NCBI GenBank assembly: GCA_027923505.1
Contig: BROI01000007.1
Span: 806,001-870,000 of the forward strand
Length of the DNA stretch: 64,000 nucleotides
Source of the DNA: Mayamaea pseudoterrestris
Taxonomy: Eukaryota
Direction of reading: 5' to 3'
Part shown: positions 8,487 through 18,428 of the stretch, one piece after another
Numbering within the stretch: the stretch's first letter is position 1
Layout of the letters: the number at the start of each line of letters is the position of its first letter
Notes under the pieces: model-generated
The model's input: the letters and a program-made list of their open reading frames with translations, nothing else
Database searches by the model: none
Told to the model about the DNA's origin: nothing
Position numbers and translations under genes: made by a program

Positions 8487-11400
8487 CTTGAATGCGGAAG
8501 GACGCCGCCTCTTCTTCTCTTTGTTCAAGCGTTTTGTTTCAAGACTGCCTTCGCCCGGTTCATCCTCAAGCCCGTCGCCGCCATGCTCCTCTTGGCTGCT
8601 CTGAGTATGCTTCCTACCGTCCTACCAGCCGTTCTTGAATCATTTTGCGCCTGCGCATTGAGTGGACTTGCGCTCAATCAATGGTTCTGGTCTTCAACTC
8701 TCGCCAACGCCTCTACGTTTGCTTGCACGTGCTCCGGCTTTTCGCGCGCTGCGTTTGCTCTTCCAACGTTTCTTCGCTGGTTTTGGTTTGAGTTACTCAC
8801 GACTACGCTCGAGAGGGAGATGATGTTGCTGTGGATGACAGTTATCCTCGAAGCATTAGCTCTTTCCTATCACCTTTCTCCGAGTCGCCCGCAACCAACT
8901 AGAGACAAGCTCCGTCAAAAACAAAAACACTACGACAAACGCAAGAACTCTACTGACGAACGTCAACTTTCCGTCCAATCAAAACGCCGCATTCGCCAAC
9001 AGAAACGATTGAAAAGAACGCTCCGTGTCCCACTCATCTATAGCTATCACCGTTCCTATCCAACAAGATTGCGCAACGACGGCATCTATCGTCAAAGAGT
9101 CCATTGCCCTTGCTTCGAGACCCTTCCAGACGCCAAGACTGTTCCCATTGAAGTCATTAAAGGGTACAATGGCTTGTTTACGACCCTCATCGAGTCCAAG
9201 GCATGCCGATGGATCGACAATCCCATCTCCCAATTTAATTCCCTCGTCGAGTACCCCAGCCTCATGGATTACCTTGGCGCGCTCGCTCCTCTCGAGTTCA
9301 ACAACATTACTTTCCAAGCAGATGCTACCGTCAATGACTTTGCATTCTCTCCAAGCAATGCTGCTCGATCCTCCACGTTCGAAATCATTCACGACAGCGG
9401 CGCCTCTGCAACCGTCGCCAATCACTTGGATGACTTTGTCCCTGGTACTTACCGCAAGAGCACAAAGAAGATCATTGCCAAGGGCCTCGCATCTGGCTTA
9501 CAAGTGGTCGGCCATGGTATAATCGACTGGACGCTTGATGGCAACGATGGCAAGCCTCTACGAGTCCGTTGCCAAGCTCTCTACATTCCCGACAGCCCGC
9601 GCAAGTTACTGTGTCCCCAACAGTACACTCGATATCACAAGCTACACGATCGCGAGGCGAATTTAACGTTTGCTATTAATGGAGAAGGATTCTGGTACTT
9701 TGATCTACACAAACAAGGACGCCCGTCCCTTCTTCACGGCTCGCTCGATCCAGTCACCAACCTACCGACTTCTACAGCATTTGCAACTCAAGATAGTCCT
9801 GAAACCCTTCATGCTGAGTTTAATGCATGTGTAACAGACGCTCGAAACGCCAACTTGTCGCCCGCGCAAAAGCTCCTTCTTCAATGGCTTTTCAAGTGCA
9901 GACACGCCAGCTTTCGCAGCATTCAAAACCTTCTACGCTCTGGACGACTGGCAACTAGCGATGAGATGCGCAAACTCCATAAAGCAGCTGCTTGTTGTGA
10001 GATACCCAAGTGTGCTGCTTGCGAGTTTGGAAAAGCAAAACGTCGACCCGCGCCCGGAACGACTCGTCAACCAACGCCTCGAGCCGACGGATCGCTCAAA
10101 CAAGGAAAGCTTCGCCCAGGACAACAAGTCTCCGTTGATCATTACATCTGCAGTCAAAAGGGACGCCTCTATACGTCTCGCGGCAAAACGTCGACCGACT
10201 CAATGTTTAGCGGTGGCGCGCTCTTCGTCAACCACGCAAGTGGATACGTCTTCGTCGACCATCAAGTTGTTATGAACACGCATGAAACGCTTCGCTCCAA
10301 GTGGAACTTTGAAAAGTTTGCAAGAGACTGCGGCGTTTCAATTGAAAGCTACTTGTCGGATAACGCTGCTTGTTTCACCAGTCACGAGTACACCAAGCAT
10401 CTTCCCAAGTTCAAACAGACGACCGTCTTTGCAGGCGTCGGCGCTCATCATTAAAACGGAATAGCAGAACGAAACATTCAAACCATTATGAACATGGCAA
10501 GAACGATGCTTATCCACGCTAACATGCACTGGACTGACGTTGATGATATGTCGCTCTGGCCGATGGCCGTCGACTACGCAGTTTACATCTTCAATCGAAT
10601 GCCAAACGTCGCCACTGGCCAAGCTCCCATTGATATCTTCACTGGTACCATCTGGGCAAGTCACAAGTTCCATCATCTCCACGTTTTTGGATCGCCCGCC
10701 TACGTTCTTGATCCTCGCATGCAAGACGGCAAGTCCATTCCTCGTTGGAAAGTGCGCTCACGCCGCGGGATCTTTGTCGGCTTCTCCAGCAAGCACTCGG
10801 CTACAGTTCCTCTTGTCCTCAACTTGAATACATTAACCATCAGTCCTCAGTATCACGTTACGCATGACGATTGGTTTACTACAGTTGACGCTCTTCCTGA
10901 TTCGCCTCCAAATTTTACGGACGACAGATGGACGAGTCTCTTTGCGACAAGCAAGTACATGTATCCGTTCGACGACGATGACCCCCTTCCTGCTCTCAAT
11001 CCTGAGTGGGAGGACAACTTTGATGCCTCAGCTGCTCGCCAAGATGCTATACATGCAGCACAGACTCCTTCTACCGCTCCAGTTTTACCTGCTCCCGCCG
11101 CTCCGCCAGCGGTTGCTCCAGTTCCTTCCAATGATTCTCCGCCCGCCACAGGCGCTCCGCCTCCGAATCAGAGGGAGACAAGGACTCCTGAAATTCATTC
11201 GCCTACAGAAGCCACAGAACCAACGCTTCAGAGGGAGCAGAGGGAGCATTTAGATCACATTGATGGCAATCCTTTGCGCTCGTCCGCACCTACACCGCGT
11301 GTCGCAGCCGATGTCACAGTCAATCCCAGTCCACCAAACGCATCAAACGAGTCCACGATCCCGACGACAGCTCCCACGCTCGCACAACAACAACAACAAG

Positions 11401-13172
11401 CAAGTGATCCTCCTTTACGGCGCTCTGCACGTTTACGCGATCGTCCTACAGAGCCAGTCATTACTCGAGCTCAGCGTCTTCGACATGCTCGCGACGAAAT
11501 GATTGAAACCAATATGCTGTTAGCAGAGCATGCGCACGCGGAATACCCTTACTCAATCGGTTTAACGCAAGTGCTACTCGCCTCGACGAACGATCCCGAC
11601 ACACTCCGCTACGATGAAGCGATGCGCGCTGATGACTCTGAAGAGTTCAGGAAAGCCGCAGGAATAGAGATCAAGTCGCTCGAAGATCATGGCACGTGGG
11701 TCGTCATCCCAAGGACCGAGGTTCCTCAAGGAAAGCAAATCATCCCCGGCACATGGACCTTTCGCCGCAAGCGAACGCCCAGCGGTGAGCTTAAGAAACA
11801 CAAAGCTCGCTTCTGCGTTCGAGGAGACCTACAGAAGGACGTATTTGAAACGTTTGCACCAGTCGTTCAATGGAGCACCGTTCGTGTCCTCATGGTATTC
11901 GCCTTGACGTTCGGCTACAAAACCAAGTGCATTGATTTCACCAACGCTTTCGTTCAAGCAGAACTAAAGGATCCAATCTACATTCAATTCCCACGCGGCT
12001 TTCAACACAAAGACGGTCATCAATCAAGCGATTACTGTTTAAAGTTGCTCAAGTCGTGCTACGGAACGAAGATCGCCCCAAAGCTCTTCTACGAACACTT
12101 ACGCGACCGACTCGTCGAGCTCGGTTTCACTCAAAGCTTCTTCGATCCCTGTCTCTTCTACCGCAATGGACAAATCATCGCCTGTTACGTTGACGATTGC
12201 ATCTGCGTCGCCCGTACCGACAAGGAGCTGCAGACCATCATCGACGACCTTCGCTCAAAGTTCACGCTCACCGAAGAAGGCGATCTCAGTCAATATCTTG
12301 GCATTGATATAAAGCGCTCTGGCAAGTCTTTCACGCTCACTCAAACGGGTTTGATCGACAGTATCATTCAAGCCACTGGAATGGAGGCTGCTAACGGAGT
12401 CTTCACGCCCGCCAACGACACGCTCGGCAAGAACGCCGATTTACCTGATCATCAAGAGAGCTGGAGCTATAACTCGCTAATCGGCAAGCTTCTCTATCTC
12501 GCTGGTAACTCACGCCCTGACATTGCCTTTGCAGTCAATCAATGCGCTCGATTCAATCACTGTCCCAAAAAGCCACACTTTGACGCCGTTAAACGCATCG
12601 TCCGCTATCTCATCAAGACTCGCGAACAAGGACTCATCATGACGCCCGAAGGTAACCTCACGGTTGACTGTTACGTTGATGCCGACTTTGCTGGTTTATA
12701 TGGAAAGGAAGACGGTCAAGATCCAGTGTGCGCTCAGTCCCGTACCGGATACCTCATCATGCTCGGTGGCTGCCCCGTCTTTTGGCAAAGCAAGCTACAA
12801 ACCGAAATCGCTCTATCTACAATGGAATCCGAGTACGTTGCCCTCTCTTCAAGCCTTCGCCAAGTCATTCCTATCCAAGCAATCGTCAAGGAAATGGGAA
12901 ACAAAATGAAGCAACGCATCCAAGTTAACGCGCGCTCCTACTGCACCGTTTACGAAGATAACGCAGGCTGCCTTGCGCTCGCCAATGCCCCTCATCTTAC
13001 GCCTCGCTCTCGCCATTACGCTACTAAGTATCACCACTTTAAGCACCACGTAAAGCAGGGCACGATCAAAGTCGTTAAGATTGACACCAAGGAGCAACGA
13101 GCGGATATCTTTACAAAGGCGCTGCCCCAAGTCACATTCGAGCACCTCCGCCGTCTCCTTATGGGATGGTAA
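8487..13172 (+). pseudogene. pol: Copia pol (hydrophobic leader, PR, IN, RT, RH), with premature TAA at 10452-10454
   Basis: ORFs 8583-10454 and 10488-13172 share one frame. GAHH*NGIAER corresponds to the conserved GAHHQNGIAER (CAA>TAA). Confidence 0.92.
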
Positions 13173-13230
13173 AGTTGCTCATCTTCTCTGTTATTTGTCT
13201 CTATGTCTATAACATCGATCCAAGAGGGAG

Positions 13231-13531
13231 AGTCGAAACAATTAAGGTTCAGGCCCTGCCAGTGTCCGTTTGTTTCGGTTGATCCTCATGGCTGGATATC
13301 TGTTAATATCCAGTATCTGTGAATACTCAAGTTACTTAAGCTACAGAAGCAAGCCGACGTTACCAACACGTCGGCAACGGTCCCCTTAAAGTAGCGGTAA
13401 CAACTAAATCAAATCATTCTATTGCAAAGTACACGCAATCGTCTCGTTCCCCTCTTCTTACCAAGTTAGCAGACTGATCATCTTCTACTTGACCAAGTAC
13501 TCAAGGTAACTCGACACAAGTTGCATTGATA
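13231..13531 (+). repeat. Copia 3' LTR (301 bp)
   Basis: Follows the PPT directly and is a direct repeat of 6701-7002. Confidence 0.95.
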
Positions 13532-13714
13532 CTTGGGACGACCAAGGTTATGGAGAAAGGCTTTCTGGGATAGGTCTGGTATCAGTAGGCTTTGATCCAT
13601 TGACATGGGGATCGCAAATAAAATGCTTGAGGTGAGCAGCGACGACCGAATGCTGCTACCAAGTGATGATGGTGGTGATGACGACGAAGACGACGACGAC
13701 GACAAGAACCGTAC
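13532..13714 (-). pseudogene. Middle fragment of TE-disrupted host gene (Ser-rich stem)
   Basis: Removing the Gypsy plus one CGTAC gives ...RNATVR-FLSSSSSSSSSPPSSLG...HNLGRPK, in frame with the ORF starting at 18688. Confidence 0.75.
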
Positions 13715-13856
13715 TGCCTTGTCTCACAAGGTAGAATACTGTGACAGTAATAATGATTGTGACTAGATTGGAATTATGAGCACTACCCTATGAATGCGAC
13801 GAAGAGGAGCCTCTGAGTCAGCACTAGTTCCACGCGTCCTTCCACGCGGCACGTCA
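13715..13856 (-). repeat. Gypsy 3' LTR (142 bp)
   Basis: Identical to 18287-18428 on manual comparison. Confidence 0.95.
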
Positions 13857-13885
13857 CTCGCTTCCCGGATGGTGAGATAAGATCG

Positions 13886-16800
13886 TTAGTCGTTGTAAGG
13901 GGTCAGGCGGCGGAAGGTTGCTTTCTGCGAGACGACTCCTTTGGAGATCTTGGCGATGCCATTCGTATAAAGAGTCTGGATTGTATACGGTCCTTTGCGA
14001 GGCGCATGTAGCTTTCGCAAAATACCACCAGTTTCAAGTAGAACTTTGTCTCCCACTTTGTAGTCGTGTCGAATTCGTTTTGAGTTCTCGCGTGCATTGT
14101 TTGCAACTGCTGCGTCGAGTCGACGCTTGCGTACCGCTGTCCAATCGACTTGGAAAGATAAATCAAAAAGCATATCCCGACCAAATACCAATTGTCCAGG
14201 AGAGGCGTCCAACACCAAATGGATTGTAGAGCGAATAGCCCAAGCGCATTTACAGAGTAGGTCTGTCCATGGGTCGTCCTCTGGGAATTCGTATTCCTCA
14301 AGTTCACAAGTGCGGAGCATGTTTCCAAGCGTCTGGTGGACTCGCTCGACGAAATTCGCCTGTGGATTCTTTACCGTTGTCGGTGTAGGCTCAATGCCGA
14401 AGCTTTCAAGCATCTCTTGGAATCCTCTGCCAAGAAATTCGTTGCCATTATCGAAAATGCATTCCACCGGACGAGGATATCGACACAGCCAACATCTGTC
14501 AAAGGTTTGAGCAATGTGATCAGCTGTCTTATCCTTTACCTCCATCACCTCGAACCAACCCGTACTTGGATCTGCCATCGTCATTGCGTTTAGCGATCGA
14601 GTAACACCGTCTTTTCCAGTGATTGTATATGGTCCGATAAGGTCAACACATACTGTGTGCCACGGATGGACTTCAACATTGTCCTTTAGAGGAAGCTTGC
14701 CGTACTTTGGGCGAGGCTTCTTGTATACTTGACAAGTGTGACATTTCTTCACAAACTCGTCCACGTCCTTCGCTATGGTAGGCCACACCAAGCGTTGACG
14801 GATTGTTTTCTCTGTTCGTTTTGAACCCGGGTGACATAGGTTGTCGTGGTACCATTGAATGATTGGCTCGCGCAAGGGCTGCGGAATATATATTTTTCCA
14901 CGATACAAGATCAATTCTTTGCCCTCGACCACTTGTTTCGTAAACTCGGTCGAACGATTTAGCACGGCCTGCAGTTGATTATCATTTTCTTGATGTTGCG
15001 CAATGACAGCTGTTTTTAAAGGATATAATTCTGTTGAGCCAGGCGCTTCTGGTCTCGTGGCGGTTGCGGCGACTGTTTCAGACTGCTCGGCCGTGAAACG
15101 TAATTCTTCGTCAAAGCCAGCGGATTGCAGCGAGAAGTCTCCGTCCATTTCCGCTAATTTAGTTGCCATTAGGCACAGCTCCTCATGTTGAGGGAGATCA
15201 GATGGATTTATTGGTTCTGACTGTTCGTCAAAGTCTAAACGACTCAATGCGTCCGCTGCAGGGTTGTCTTCGCCCTTTAGATAGTAAAAGATTGGCCCAT
15301 ATTCTTCGATAAGCCATCGCCAGCGTTGAACGCGGTTTGACGCATGTTTTGTTTTGGGATCCACATTATTCTTGTGGTCGGTATAGACTCGGAGTTCGTG
15401 TCCAAGCAAGATGTTTCTGTATTCCTTGAGTGTCTCCACGATTGAGAGCATCTCGCGTTCGCCCACCGTATAGCGTTGTTGCGTCTTCGTGAGTTTTCGG
15501 CTGTAGAAAGCGATCGGTACACCATTCTGACTAATCACTGCACCAAGCTGATAATCGCTTGCATCCGTATGGATATCAAATGGTTGCGTAAAGTCAGGGA
15601 ACGCCAGCATTACATCAGCAGCAATGGATTTCTTTGCTTGCTCGAAAGCGTGCTGCTCCTTCTCCCCCCACGGAAACGCTTGCTTAGGATCAAGCTTTGT
15701 CAGCGCCGTAAGCGGAGCCAAGATGTGCGATCGTCGCTTCCACATATCACGGTAATAATTAATCAACCCAAGAAATGAGCGAAGCTGAGAAACATTTTGG
15801 GGTCGCTTTATGCGTAAGATCGCTTCCACTTTATTTGGAAGAGGCCGAATGCCAGTCGGCGTGAGCCAGTAGCCCAAATATTCAAGCTCTTGCGTAGCAA
15901 AGCTGCTTTTGGCAATATTCACACGTAAGCCTGCCTTGCTCAAACGCTCGAGTACTTGTTCCACTTTGGATAAATGATCCTCAAAGGAGTCCTTTGTGAT
16001 TGTAAGGAGATCGTCCAAGTAGGTACGTACAAAGTCAAGTCCCTCCATCAGGATACTCATTTTTTCCTGGAAGATGTCCGGACTGCCAGCGACTCCCATT
16101 GGGAGCCGGCAATATTCGTACTTTCCCCATGGTAGTACAATTGTGCAAAGTTGCGAGGCGGCTGGCGACAGGCGGATTGTATAGTATCCCATGTTGAGAT
16201 CGAGCGACGTTGCATACGTAAATCCTCCAAGCTTCAACAGAGTGTCTTGGATATGCGGGATCGGAAAAGGCTTGCGTTTAACCAAGTTGTTGAGCCGACG
16301 AAAATCGGAAATGAATCGAACTGTTCCATTTTTCTTTGGAATGATAAAGGTTGGTGCTGCCCATTCACTGCCACCCGAGCGTCGTAGTACTCCCAGGTCG
16401 CAAAGGCGTGCCACCTCCTTGCGTAAAGTCGCTTCGTGGACTTGCGGAATATTATATGGTCGCGCATGATATGGCTGCGCGCCTTCCTTCAGTTCAAAAT
16501 CAACCGGCGTCGTGTCCCAAGAGCCGAGAGTGCCGTCGAACAAATGTTCAAATTTGAAAAGCAAACTCTTTAATTGAGTCTTTTGCGCTGTCGTTAAATG
16601 ATTCATTGAATCAACGGTTTGATTGATATCGGCTTTCTCATATTTGGCGTCAAGGATTCGACTGGCTCGTTCCGTCGCTTCCATGAGCACTTCTCCTTCG
16701 TGAGCTTGTGCCATTGTTTCGTCAACAAAAAACGCTTGTTCCGTTTGTGCGTCCTTGTCGTCAGGCAAATGCTTGTCTAGCGCCCGCTTCATTGGAATCG

Positions 16801-18244
16801 TAATATTATCCCATCGTAATTGTCCAGTGGACCAAAGGATGTCTATCCCAAGAGCACGTAAGAGATCGCGCCCAATAATCATTTCATAGTCGTTTGCTCC
16901 ATGAGCAGTTTCATCGACGGCCATGCGCCATGTGATTTCCTTGCTTGGCGCGAATTCCGGAAGACCGAAGGTTAGTACCGCTTCGTGTCTCGTCAAAAAC
17001 GACCCGCCGTTAGTGTGCCAAATGGTCTCCTTGGAGGCTTTGGTGGATTGAAACAAATCATCCGGTATTTTATCGCGCTTTATAATTGTTTTGCTACAGC
17101 CAGTGTCTAGTAAGACTTTAAATAGTTTAATTGGCTGTTTGCCTTCGCTACCAGTTTTAATCACTACCGTTAATTCTGTGACAAGGTCAACAGGGGTAAC
17201 GTGACTGGTTAGTCGAGGCCGTCGTGTTTTCGTGTACGGAAATAGCGCAAACAGTGCTTCCTTGGCACTCACCTCCGAGTCGGAGCCGCAGGCTTCATCC
17301 AGTTCCTCAATGAGGTCGTCGTCACTATCGACATGTTGCATCGCATCGACGCGTTCATTGCCTTTCTTTTTGGCGTTTTCTTTGTTCTTTTTCTTGAAGC
17401 ACTTGTCTTCAGTATGACCAGGCTTCTTGCAAAATCCACATTTGTCCTTGCCACTAGGAGCTTGTCCCTCGGCGCGGTGCGGACGGTCATGGTTGCGCTG
17501 CTTGTTGCGCTGCGAACGATCTTCGTTTCGTCGAGGCTGCACGGTAGACCAAGCGTTCTGTCCGCGCTCAATTGCCTGCAAATGATCACGAACTTCCTCC
17601 AGCGTACGTTCCTCCCACTCAAAACCAGAGTTGTCCATTGCTGCGCGAAAGCCAGCTGGGAGCGCGTCGACTAGAAGTTGTTTCAGCTTGTCGTCGTCGA
17701 GCACTTCACCCTTGCCCGTGAGGTAGATGTAATCCTTTTGCATGATTTGCATACGGTTGAAGAGGTCACCCACTGTCATGTCCTTTGGCTTGCCAAGATT
17801 CTTGTTCATAAAGCGCATCTGGTCGCGCTTGCCGCTCTTGCCCATGATGCGAATTGCTAGCTCATTGAGCGCTTGTTCAAAATCATCCTTGGAATTTTTA
17901 TCCTTGCCTTCTGCAATAGTATTCCAATTATCCTTGGCTTCTCCACACAAAAATTGCGACATGCCTTGGAACATGGATGTTGTTGTAGTCAAAGGGCGGT
18001 GTTCGACATATTCTTCGAACGTGCGTCGCATGTGACAGAACGTCTCCGCATCCTTTGGGTCGTAGCACGTGTAGGTCTTGTCGTACTTTGAACTTGCATC
18101 GTCGGGATCAAGTCGGACTTTCACCTTGAATGTTTGAGGATGAGTAGGTGTTTCCACAGGGCTTGGGTACAAGGGAATTGGTGCGCGGAAGCGCGGGTTG
18201 CTCGCGTTGCTGTTGTCGACGGGCTTGGAAAAAGCTGGCGCCAT
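13886..18244 (-). CDS. Gypsy Gag-Pol polyprotein (single ORF, 1452 aa)
   Basis: CCHC knuckle CGFCKKPGHTEDKC, protease LLDTGCS, RT YLDD, RNase H TDASD/TDHKN/ADALSR, integrase HxxxxH..CxxC with VDLIG, FDNG and ERVH, and a GPY module. No chromodomain. Confidence 0.97.
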   Translation of the reverse strand: MAPAFSKPVDNSNASNPRFRAPIPLYPSPVETPTHPQTFKVKVRLDPDDASSKYDKTYTCYDPKDAETFCHMRRTFEEYVEHRPLTTTTSMFQGMSQFLCGEAKDNWNTIAEGKDKNSKDDFEQALNELAIRIMGKSGKRDQMRFMNKNLGKPKDMTVGDLFNRMQIMQKDYIYLTGKGEVLDDDKLKQLLVDALPAGFRAAMDNSGFEWEERTLEEVRDHLQAIERGQNAWSTVQPRRNEDRSQRNKQRNHDRPHRAEGQAPSGKDKCGFCKKPGHTEDKCFKKKNKENAKKKGNERVDAMQHVDSDDDLIEELDEACGSDSEVSAKEALFALFPYTKTRRPRLTSHVTPVDLVTELTVVIKTGSEGKQPIKLFKVLLDTGCSKTIIKRDKIPDDLFQSTKASKETIWHTNGGSFLTRHEAVLTFGLPEFAPSKEITWRMAVDETAHGANDYEMIIGRDLLRALGIDILWSTGQLRWDNITIPMKRALDKHLPDDKDAQTEQAFFVDETMAQAHEGEVLMEATERASRILDAKYEKADINQTVDSMNHLTTAQKTQLKSLLFKFEHLFDGTLGSWDTTPVDFELKEGAQPYHARPYNIPQVHEATLRKEVARLCDLGVLRRSGGSEWAAPTFIIPKKNGTVRFISDFRRLNNLVKRKPFPIPHIQDTLLKLGGFTYATSLDLNMGYYTIRLSPAASQLCTIVLPWGKYEYCRLPMGVAGSPDIFQEKMSILMEGLDFVRTYLDDLLTITKDSFEDHLSKVEQVLERLSKAGLRVNIAKSSFATQELEYLGYWLTPTGIRPLPNKVEAILRIKRPQNVSQLRSFLGLINYYRDMWKRRSHILAPLTALTKLDPKQAFPWGEKEQHAFEQAKKSIAADVMLAFPDFTQPFDIHTDASDYQLGAVISQNGVPIAFYSRKLTKTQQRYTVGEREMLSIVETLKEYRNILLGHELRVYTDHKNNVDPKTKHASNRVQRWRWLIEEYGPIFYYLKGEDNPAADALSRLDFDEQSEPINPSDLPQHEELCLMATKLAEMDGDFSLQSAGFDEELRFTAEQSETVAATATRPEAPGSTELYPLKTAVIAQHQENDNQLQAVLNRSTEFTKQVVEGKELILYRGKIYIPQPLREPIIQWYHDNLCHPGSKRTEKTIRQRLVWPTIAKDVDEFVKKCHTCQVYKKPRPKYGKLPLKDNVEVHPWHTVCVDLIGPYTITGKDGVTRSLNAMTMADPSTGWFEVMEVKDKTADHIAQTFDRCWLCRYPRPVECIFDNGNEFLGRGFQEMLESFGIEPTPTTVKNPQANFVERVHQTLGNMLRTCELEEYEFPEDDPWTDLLCKCAWAIRSTIHLVLDASPGQLVFGRDMLFDLSFQVDWTAVRKRRLDAAVANNARENSKRIRHDYKVGDKVLLETGGILRKLHAPRKGPYTIQTLYTNGIAKISKGVVSQKATFRRLTPYND

Positions 18245-18286
18245 GGTGATCGTTGGTCTTGTTTGACTTGCGAAGTGTTAACACTA

Positions 18287-18428
18287 TGCCTTGTCTCACA
18301 AGGTAGAATACTGTGACAGTAATAATGATTGTGACTAGATTGGAATTATGAGCACTACCCTATGAATGCGACGAAGAGGAGCCTCTGAGTCAGCACTAGT
18401 TCCACGCGTCCTTCCACGCGGCACGTCA
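18287..18428 (-). repeat. Gypsy 5' LTR (142 bp)
   Basis: Direct repeat of 13715-13856. Confidence 0.95.

Larger units (their letters stand above)
6701..13531 (+). mobile_element. Ty1/Copia LTR retrotransposon, diatom CoDi-like, full-length but defective
   Basis: Direct repeats at 6701-7002 and 13231-13531, PBS-like GGTTAT at 7003, PPT AAGAGGGAG at 13222-13230. Domain order is gag, protease (DSGAS), integrase, RT (YVDD), RNase H (DADFAG, EDNAG, ADIFTK). Confidence 0.97.
13715..18428 (-). mobile_element. Ty3/Gypsy LTR retrotransposon, intact, very recent insertion (4714 bp)
   Basis: Identical 142-bp TG...CA LTRs (13715-13856, 18287-18428), TSD CGTAC (13710-13714, 18429-18433), and PPT GGGAAGCGAG (13857-13866, minus strand). 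Confidence 0.98.

Noticed and set aside
10452..10454. Second readthrough site in pol
   Set aside because: The TAA replaces the conserved Gln of HHQNG by a single C>T change; it is an ordinary nonsense mutation.
6701..13535. Copia as a product of ectopic recombination between two loci (no perfect TSD)
   Set aside because: Both flanks join into one continuous host reading frame with a 4-bp near-duplication, which favours a single insertion site.
13668..13705. (GAC/GAT)n microsatellite; similarly ~51000-51035
   Set aside because: These are simply poly-Ser or poly-Asp coding tracts.
13886..14050. Chromodomain or env at the Gypsy C-terminus
   Set aside because: The ORF ends shortly after the GPY module, 29 nt before the LTR.
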